Source: Tubiluchus corallicola (lineage: Eukaryota; Animalia; Priapulida). From it: a DNA stretch of 64,000 nucleotides. Shown here one piece after another: positions 55,530-64,000 of this stretch. How positions within the stretch are numbered: position 1 is the first letter of the stretch; the number at the start of each line of letters is the position of its first letter. The notes below the pieces were generated by a model. The model had not been told where the DNA came from. It was given only the letters and a program-made list of their open reading frames with translations, and made no database searches. The DNA lies in NCBI GenBank assembly GCA_030141605.1, contig JAQGDQ010001021.1, positions 5,725-69,724 of the forward strand. Direction: 5' to 3'. A program made the translations under genes and the position numbers.

Positions 55530-55900
55530 CTTAGAAATCTATTACTCAGCAAGCAGTACAACTTTGGAATTCATTACCGACAGCACTAAAACACAGCAGC
55601 TCTTTATCAATATTCAAGTCTAAATTAAAAAAAAAACATTTAGTGACTCGTTTTGAATATCCGACATACGAACACGATGATATTTACTCAAATCATAATT
55701 TCATTTTTCCTAGACCTTACTAAACTAGTTTATATTTTATTTTTGAATTTCTAGTTGCACTTATAGTTTAGCTTGCACCAGACGGATTTGCCCAGAACAG
55801 TGTATGTTTTTATATGAACTAACACTGATTGTCTGTCTTTTAATATGATGGTCAATGTTTTTAAAATGGCAAATAAAGATTTTACTACTACTACTACTAC
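55530..55900 (+). mobile_element. Second copy of the same LINE 3' end, inverted
   Basis: Reverse-complement match to 54270-54630 (ctttggaattcattaccgaca.cactaaaacac...ggcaaataaagattttactactac). Confidence 0.85.
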
Positions 55901-56065
55901 ATAATACTCGCTATAATGATTACCAACTCAGTTTCTGCAGAACCAATATTGCAAAACATTTCATTAGCCATAGCGGACCTAAACTCCACCCAATGTAAAG
56001 TACCAGTGTAACATGTACCGCTTTAAAACGTCAGTTAAACGATATCTGTTTGCTTATTATATAAA

Positions 56066-56458
56066 CTAGTCTTAATAACCACCTACTGTTCCTGTGTGAC
56101 ACAAGTCACAACTTTGCGTTCTTTTTAAGTAGAATCCAGAGTGCTTCGTCATCTCATGAGCCGAATCTCCACAAGCCACTCTTCCTACCCTTTTGATGAT
56201 TCTTTTATCCATCACTTCTCTCCTTACTTTGCACAACTCTTTTTTTAAATTGCCTAAATACCTTCGCTTTTTTGTTCTTTTTTTCTGAGTATTTGGACGT
56301 GTTTATAATGGTGCCAGCACCTAACAAGTTCTACTTCTGGTTCTTGCCATTTATTATATACACGCTGTCATATAATCATTATTATTAATATCTATTTTTT
56401 CCCAGTGTTTCTTGATATTGTATTTGTATTTAAATTTCCAAATAAATTTATTATTATA
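56066..56458 (+). mobile_element. Retroposon family G copy 2
   Basis: Matches 49771-50160 from the same 5' start (ctagtctt.ataaccacctactg). Confidence 0.75.
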
Positions 56459-57220
56459 ATCACTTCTGTCCGTATTAATGGGGAAACCATCATTCTGTCT
56501 CGTTATCTTTTTGCCCATCTGTTATTTCATTCATGTAATTTTGTGTTTTTCTTATAAAACAATGAAAAACGTATGATCATACTTACATCAATATATACAC
56601 ATAGCCTGTAAACGCATCCTCAAATGCACAAAATTGTGAAAATTTATTTTACAGAACTATACGTTTACTTTGAATTTGAAATACCGTTTTTTTACAGTTT
56701 AGCGCGTTAATCTCGTAGCGACTAACGAGATTAACTCGAGAAAATTAATTCGAGAATAATGTGGCAAATTGTAAAAAATAATTTTCCAGCAACTGCACAC
56801 TTACGTTATTTCACAAGCAACGTGATTTTGTTAACCTAAGCAACATTCACGAGGCAGCAAAACTGTTTAAATTTGTAAGAAATTGCCGTTCTGTTACCGG
56901 TAGAAAAAACAGCATAAATACTTATGTGACAGAGACGAGTGAAAGCGACGAGTCAAAACTTGTCACAACGTACAGTAGGTACAGTAGAATGAGAAATGTC
57001 GCATGCCGAAACTCAGGCTTTTCACTGCAGGAGTCTCGCAACACGCAAACGACTAATGCTAAAAACTTAAAGGTAATGTCGGAAAGAAAAATTAACAATA
57101 GACGTAGATATAGACGAATGATTCTGTTAATGAAAGATCTAGCACAACGTCGCATTGTACATTTATCTAAGAAAAAAACAATTACTATATCCCTTAATTA
57201 TAGCTAACTACGGTACTTAC

Positions 57221-57381
57221 TTTCGTAACCCGATCGGAAAACAAATAAAGCAAAGATTAATCCAAGTTCTCGATAACTAGATGTTGTTTTAATCACGAGT
57301 GAGTTATTAAACTCTATAATTCCATAAAACAGTAGATCGCTACAAAACGTACACACAACCAACTGCTAGCACAACCACTGA
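57221..57381 (-). promoter_or_regulatory. Candidate non-coding first exon / transcription start region of Eph
   Basis: Minus-strand Inr-like TCAGT (57381-57377) and a consensus donor AAA|gtaagt at 57221/57220, in apparently unique, relatively CpG-rich sequence upstream of the orphan acceptor at 53241. Motif evidence only. Confidence 0.3.
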
Positions 57382-57969
57382 ATGAATGAAAGTAAACTCA
57401 AATCACGCATAGCGCACGATACAGTAAGCACTTCTAGGCCACGCCTCCGTTGCCGTGCCAACGGGGTGACAGGCAGCTACCGGCAGAATGCTTGGTCAAG
57501 GTGTATTTCGCTTAATCCTATTATAATGCTAATACGAAGGCAGGCTCAAAGGCAGGACTATTCCAAATCGGTGAGTTGGAAAACGCCTGGACATTAGTTT
57601 GCAGAAACAATAGCCCGGCCAAAACGAAACACGACGGACAGCGGTTAAAATTGCATTGACATTCCAAACCTGGACGGATAATGATAGGCTTGAACAAAGT
57701 TGACTTTAAACACAAGCACGTGTTGAGGGCTGAATAATTCCGAGAGCAGTCATTCGAATCTAATGATTTAACGAAGCATGCAGAAAGGGTCAAGCATTAA
57801 GTCTGGTTCACTCGCTTTATTTAAACTCGGCAAAATTCTCAATCAGGTTCCCGCAAAATGGCCAATCTCGGCATCTTGGGGAAAACATTTTTCTTATCTA
57901 GTTGTAACACTTGAACTGGTTGTTATAATCATGTAAAAAGTAACTTAAATTTGGAGAATAAATGTTACA

Positions 57970-58412
<443 letters not shown>

Positions 58413-58807
58413 TACCGTACAAATGTATAAAACACACACACTTCTGCGTCAGTAGCTGACTACTAAACTTATCACGCTACATCACATCTCTGCAAAATTC
58501 AGGATTCACCCATTCCGGCACCAGCATTAAACTTCAGTAGGTTTTAAATAAGTAATTTGCAATCTCGACAGAATTTTTAACGTTTTTTCCCATAAATCGA
58601 ACTGAGGTGCAGAAAGCTATTGCCCGCAGGTGTATCCCATGCTATCCTGATTGAAAAATTCCATTAATGTGGCTTTTAATGTCCTGGCAAATATTTTGCT
58701 GAAGTTTTATGTGCTTGCATTAAAACACGAACTTTCCCGTGAGTGGCCTGCCTCAAGCGGCTGTTCTGTATCCTATGCTAATTGTGTAGTTTGCATATAG
58801 TTACCTT

Positions 58808-58985
58808 TTACTAATGTCTAATGTAATCTTGTAGTAAAACTTGTCAGCTTGTGTAGTTATAGTCTATTCTTACTGTAAATGTTTTTGTAAATAATGTATA
58901 AAGTCTGTTGTGGTGAGGATCCTAAATCATGTTGTTCAAACTGTCTGATCCAATCCTATAATAAATTATGTTTAAACTAAACTAA
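58808..58985 (+). mobile_element. Short 5'-truncated copy of the LINE at 268-1115
   Basis: One 74-bp unit plus the terminal segment, ending tttaaactaaactaa; close match to about 941-1115. Confidence 0.88.
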
Positions 58986-59004
58986 TTTTTACTTGATTTC
59001 TGAT

Positions 59005-59294
59005 CAATTATTTATTTATTTACTTACTTATTAATTAATCAGTTCATTAATTTAATATTTATTTATTTATTATACGTTATTTAATAAGATTTAATAAAAT
59101 TAATTGATTTATTGATTTATTATTTAATAAATTTTTATTTATTTAATTATTTGTTTATTATTTGTTATTTAATAAGTATTATTTATTAAATTCTTTTGTT
59201 TATTTCATTAATTCATTTATTAATTTATTATTTATTATTTAATAAACTATTATTCATTTTATTTATTTATTTGTTTGTTTGTTTGTTTGTTTGT

Positions 59295-59361
<67 letters not shown>

Positions 59362-59365
59362 TTGC
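59005..59365. repeat. AT-rich (ATTT)n/(GTTT)n low-complexity tract
   Basis: Direct inspection. Confidence 0.92.
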
Positions 59366-59991
59366 ATAGTCCATTGATACAAATGATTACTCTAGTATAA
59401 TCATCGCGAGCGTCACGCCAATGTTCCAGGTTTATTGCACTTTAATTGGTCATTTGGCAGAAACTTTTTGACATGGACGTTTTAATTACTGGCATTAAAA
59501 TGCGCTGGGCAGGTGCGCCTCCAAGAAGCGTGTTTTCCTTACGTGTAAATCGGGAGAAGTTAGGGTAAGCTTATTTTTACTCTCAGTCTGCACTGTGTGC
59601 TGTGGCAGTCTGTGGACCATGGGTGGTCTTAGATCCAGTTTGAATAAGATTTTTTACTAGCGAGGTCAAGATAACTAAACAGATGATGCTGCTGTAGCTG
59701 AAAAATTGCCAAAAATAGAACATCTAATTAACTCGTCGGCACTCTTCTTGGAGAACCTGTCCTAAAATATATCCCACACCATCGTGTGGCCCTGTTCTTC
59801 CTCTTTCTAAAGAGCCCTATATCTCCTTTCGAGAGTCCCATCAGGCGCCGCTAGAACGTTTTTTCTATAAACTGTTCGACCGAAATTTCGTAAGAATCCC
59901 GAGTTGGTCCGGGAAAACGCCCGTTGCGGGGGGCTATAACAATTGCTGTAGCTGAGAAATAACTTCATGGAAGAAGATGTCAAAACTAGTT

Positions 59992-60360
59992 CTGCAGAAA
60001 ATCATACTGCTTTAAAAAATAGAGAATAATAATCAAAAATAACGATCAAATGCAGAATATAGAAATTTTGATCTGAAATGGTATTTGCCACTTATTTATT
60101 TGATTTGATAAACGTAACAATGACAGATTTGGATGTAATGTCAACGGTATCGAATGCCATCTGTACTATATGATAAAACAAGTTGTGCAAAAAATCATAC
60201 TGCTACAAAAAATAGAGAACACAGAATAGTATTTTGACGAGGAAATACAGAATATAGAAATTTTGATCCGAATTGGTTTTTGCCACTTATTTATTTGATT
60301 TGATACACGTAGGAATTACAGATTTGGATGTAATGTCAGCTATATCGAATGTCATCTGTC
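59992..60360. repeat. Tandem duplication of about 195 bp
   Basis: aaaatcatactgct..aaaaaatagagaa...cagaatatagaaattttgatc.gaa.tggt.tttgccacttatttatttgatttgata occurs twice. Confidence 0.85.
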
Positions 60361-60552
60361 TATTGTACAGATACAACACTGCAGAATTTGTTAAATAAAT
60401 TAATATCTTAATTTCATATGACATAAATAAATAAATGAACAGTAAATACATCTGTACGTATCATTCTTATTCCTTGGCGATTCTTTGCACAACTAATACG
60501 CGACAAACAGTTGTTGGAGATGCAGATGGATCTTAAAATCCTCGTCAAGGGC

Positions 60553-61075
60553 CTAAGGAAAAATCCAGTATGATTTTTCATATACTACCCCATTTTCAAG
60601 TCATACATTTTAACACAGTTAATACTGCAAAAGCGTTTCTGATAATTAAATAACAGATTAAGAACTTAATTAACGGCAGGCGAGCACAACTGTTGATGAC
60701 ATCACAAACTAACATAATTTTCTACAGCAAAATATTCCACGAGCGTGTTGCACGTGTTTGCGAAAGCGCAAATTGAAGTACAATGCCACTGTAAGATATT
60801 CAGTGTGTTGTGCTAAAATTCGGACAGTTTTAAGATAAAAATTCAAATTTCAAATTTACTGCTGTACTAACGCATGAGCTGTGGAATGTGTGTTGTTCGT
60901 CACAAACTAACGCTTCTGAACTGACAGGCACACCGAATTCTTTCTGTAAAACGCTTTCCGAAATGCGAAGAGCTAGTGGCGCGAACGCGAAATTGCATTT
61001 GCGCGGTAACAATTGCTTCACGCAGGTCATTCTTTGAAAAATTGTGTGTGTTTCCTTTCAATATTTTAAAGAATA
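60553..61075. mobile_element. Kolobok-like repeat family D copy
   Basis: Collinear with 30864-31315. Confidence 0.65.
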
Positions 61076-61623
61076 GGTTGTTTAGACTTACAGCTTAGCA
61101 TTGGATCCGGTTTTGCTTTAAAATTGACAAGCTGGCTAAGCTTAATGCTTCTAAATTATTCACAGCTTCATGGTGTACAAACACTAGACACCTATTAACA
61201 CAATTAATATAATTATTACTATTTAACATGACAAAACAAACACTTCCCATGGCACCTTTGATGTATGACCGACAATTGTGCCTCACCGTTTAGTAGTAAA
61301 GAGTCAAATAGACCTAAACTTTATGAACAACTACACCCAATTGCTAGCACGTGTATCCAATCTGTGAGTTCGTAATCATTAGCTAACACGCAAACGTTTC
61401 TTGGCATATTAGGGGAAAATTAGATAAAGGCAGTAAAGTTGTATATCATTTACCAGTAACTTTATTAGTGATAGGGTATACCCTGTTTATTGCTGCAATA
61501 AAGCTTTAGCATGCTTACCAAACACGTGCTAAGTTTCCTCATTACCCCTGTGATTAGAAAATGATATGTCTTTATGGCAGTGGTCGCTGCTTGAAACTTC
61601 CCTTCTAGTGGACAAGTTACGTT

Positions 61624-62105
61624 CAGGGCCTATTTCAGCCTACGCGAGGCCCGGGGAAGTGGGGCGTGTGAGGCCCCATCGGGAGGGGGGGTAGGTGTGA
61701 GGGGGGGGGGCGAAGCGCCGGGGGGCGGCGGTCACTACCATGGTTGGCGCCCAGAAAATTTTTGAACTGCTATTTTCGAAGAGAAAATATGGAGTTATAC
61801 AGTTGTTAAAGGAAAGAACAATTGAAAGAAAAACTGCTTTATTCTCAAGACCAGTTCTAATACTCGTCAATACTGGCAAGCGGCGCGAGTGCGGCAAGAG
61901 AGAGAGAGAGAGAGAGGGGGGAGCGAGAGAGAGAGAGAGAGAGAAAGAGAGGGTGAGAGAGAGAGAGAGAGGGGGGGAGCGAGAGAGAGAGAGAGGAGGC
62001 AGTATGTTCGCATAAAGCAAAAAAATGTTACCTTGGCGCGAGGCCCCCTGGAAAGTATCCCCACTCCCCCCCCCCCCTTGAAATACGGGGAACTTCCCCG
62101 GAACT
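61624..62105. mobile_element. GC-rich hAT-like MITE remnant with an internal (GA)n tract
   Basis: Starts CAGGGCCTATTTCA and ends near TGAAATACGGGG; inverted gcgaggcc and gggggg/cccccc blocks; ttacgtt on both flanks as a possible TSD. Confidence 0.45.
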
Positions 62106-62444
62106 TACGTTAAACAGTTTAATTTCAAGGTGCTATTTAATATTGAGTGTTAATACTGCCAATAAGTGTTATTTGGTTTACAGAATTAAAAACAATAATT
62201 CAAAAGCTATTATCCAAATCAATTGATTTTTACTTCATTTGACAGAAACAATAAGTTGTCCACATGATTAGTTTCATGCAACAAGTAAAATGTTAAATCA
62301 GCATTAGTAATTAAAATTACTCGATCAATTAAAAATACGTACAGAAGTTTGATCGTACATAATTAAGTGTGCCACAGATGCGCTTATAATTTCTTTACGT
62401 TTATCCAAAGGCAAGCCATCGAGAAATCTGTTGATTTATACATA

Positions 62445-63370
62445 TTGTAGGCCTACCGCCAACCAAATATTAATTAAGATAAGCATTGATTGATAAAAAC
62501 ACAATTAATTGAGTTAATTGTTCAATTTTATTTAACAATAAATTAATTAAGTTCTTAACGTGTGGCCAATTACGTACGACATCTGACAATAACATTTGTG
62601 GAGTTCTTCAAGGGTCTTTGCTTGGTCCCTTTTTGTTCAATTTATAATTAGATAACTCACTCATAACCCACAAGTCCCTCTTTTTGCAATTGGCTTCAGT
62701 CGTGCTTCAAGGGATTCAGATAATTCTGCAAGTTATTTCTTTTTTCCATACCCCTATAATATCAACCAGAAGCCTTTAATCAAAAACAGAACAAAGAACC
62801 CGAAGCGTTTGGGGGCTTCTTATTTCGAGTTCAATTCAGATGCTAATGGAGATCGTTTCCATGACTAAATGGGGCAAAAATATGCGCCCGTTTCTACGAG
62901 TTGAATGCGTCGTGCGGAATTGTCTGCCGAGGAGAACAAAGACGGTGCAGTTGAGAGGCGTGAAAGTTATGACAAGGAATAATGAACTGCTGGCCGCGAA
63001 AACAACGAAGTGTGCTAAATCTGCTGATTGAAATCATCAGACAAGCACGGGTGGAATAATAAAACGCACTTGATCAGCAAAGGCAATCTAGCTACTTAGT
63101 AGGCCTACATTTAGTAGGCCTACGTTTGGTAGGCCTATCGTCAGCCAAATATTAATTAAGGTAAGCCATTATTATTAAAAAACAAATTAAATTCTCATGT
63201 ATATAACTCATTACGTAGGACATCTGAGAAGAGCTTTTATGGAGTTATTCAAGGGACTTTCCTTGGTCCTCTTTTGTTCAGCTTATATTTACGTAACTCA
63301 CTCATAATTCACAAGTTCCTCTTTTTACAACTGGCTTTAAACGTGCTTCTGTGGATTTAAATAATTCTGT
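62445..63370 (+). mobile_element. Duplicated degenerate LINE RT fragment (62445-62730 and 63110-63370)
   Basis: ggagttcttcaagggtctttgcttggtccctttttgttc = GVLQGSLLGPFLF; the second copy reads ggagttattcaagggactttccttggtcctcttttgttc. Confidence 0.55.
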
Positions 63371-64000
63371 AAACTTTGATAAAGAGAAATGGGAGAAAAA
63401 AGGAGGAAAATCAGTAAAAGGAAAGAAATGAGAAAAAGAAAAGGGCAAGCAGAATTTGCTGATAGAGACGAAAAATCATTTTATTGCAGTTAAATTCCTC
63501 GAATCTATGATTGCAAAGTTCCCAAACCCCAAAAGATTACTTATAGGACAGCTTAATAATGTATTACTAAAGGTATGTGGTCAGTTCAAAGTTTGCATAA
63601 CGTATAAGTACCGTTTTTTTAAACTCCATTCAAGAGATAAATAAAAGTTTGGTAACTTATGCTGAACATAAGTATATTAGACCCAGTTAAATTCTATTCC
63701 TTCGACAAACTGTGAAAAATGTTTACGAACTGAAATGCACGGTGATAATATCCACATTCATTGCCATTTCCACATTTCAATATGTTTCTATAAAACCTTT
63801 TAACAATTAAAAGTTAAGCAATTCAATTCAATTTTTATTTTCTTAATAGCAGTTAAAATTCGTCATAATTATTGTTATTATTATTTCATTGCAGCTGAGA
63901 AGGAGCAGCAAAAGACCTATTGGTCACTTGGTCAGCTGCCCCTTATTAAAAATACAAGTTTACCTATGGTGTTCGCTGATATTTTTCAAATGTATGGTAT

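Overview
AT-rich, repeat-dense animal genomic DNA, not prokaryotic. The Eph sequence is of the protostome type; a lophotrochozoan host is plausible but is inference only. The window holds the 5' part of one Eph receptor tyrosine kinase gene on the minus strand. I rebuilt three coding exons by hand: a signal-peptide exon (CDS 53182-53116), an 86-bp exon (45951-45866) and the 676-bp ligand-binding/Cys-rich exon (8010-7335). They splice in frame with canonical GT-AG sites and phases 1, 0, 1, giving MCWLWFASVCALLTCSLASA-NQVVLLDTTKDSTLGWTRHNPRTDPDDTSQG-WLEESY...CE. The first two exons are absent from the ORF track. The introns are 7.2 kb and about 37.9 kb (the latter includes a 551-N gap). No downstream exon was found in 1-7334. 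A candidate non-coding first exon and promoter lies near 57.2-57.4 kb. The rest is intronic or upstream DNA packed with non-autonomous DNA transposons (piggyBac-, hAT-, pogo/Tc1- and Kolobok-like MITEs), LINE 3' ends and RT fragments, tRNA- and 5S-like SINE remnants, minisatellites and long microsatellites. The more unusual items are a minimal hammerhead-ribozyme-like motif, a twin-priming-like LINE 5' inversion, a tail-out inverted LINE pair, and a duplicated 5S-like module. I found no convincing wholly new biological system. Nearly all other listed ORFs are low-complexity artefacts.
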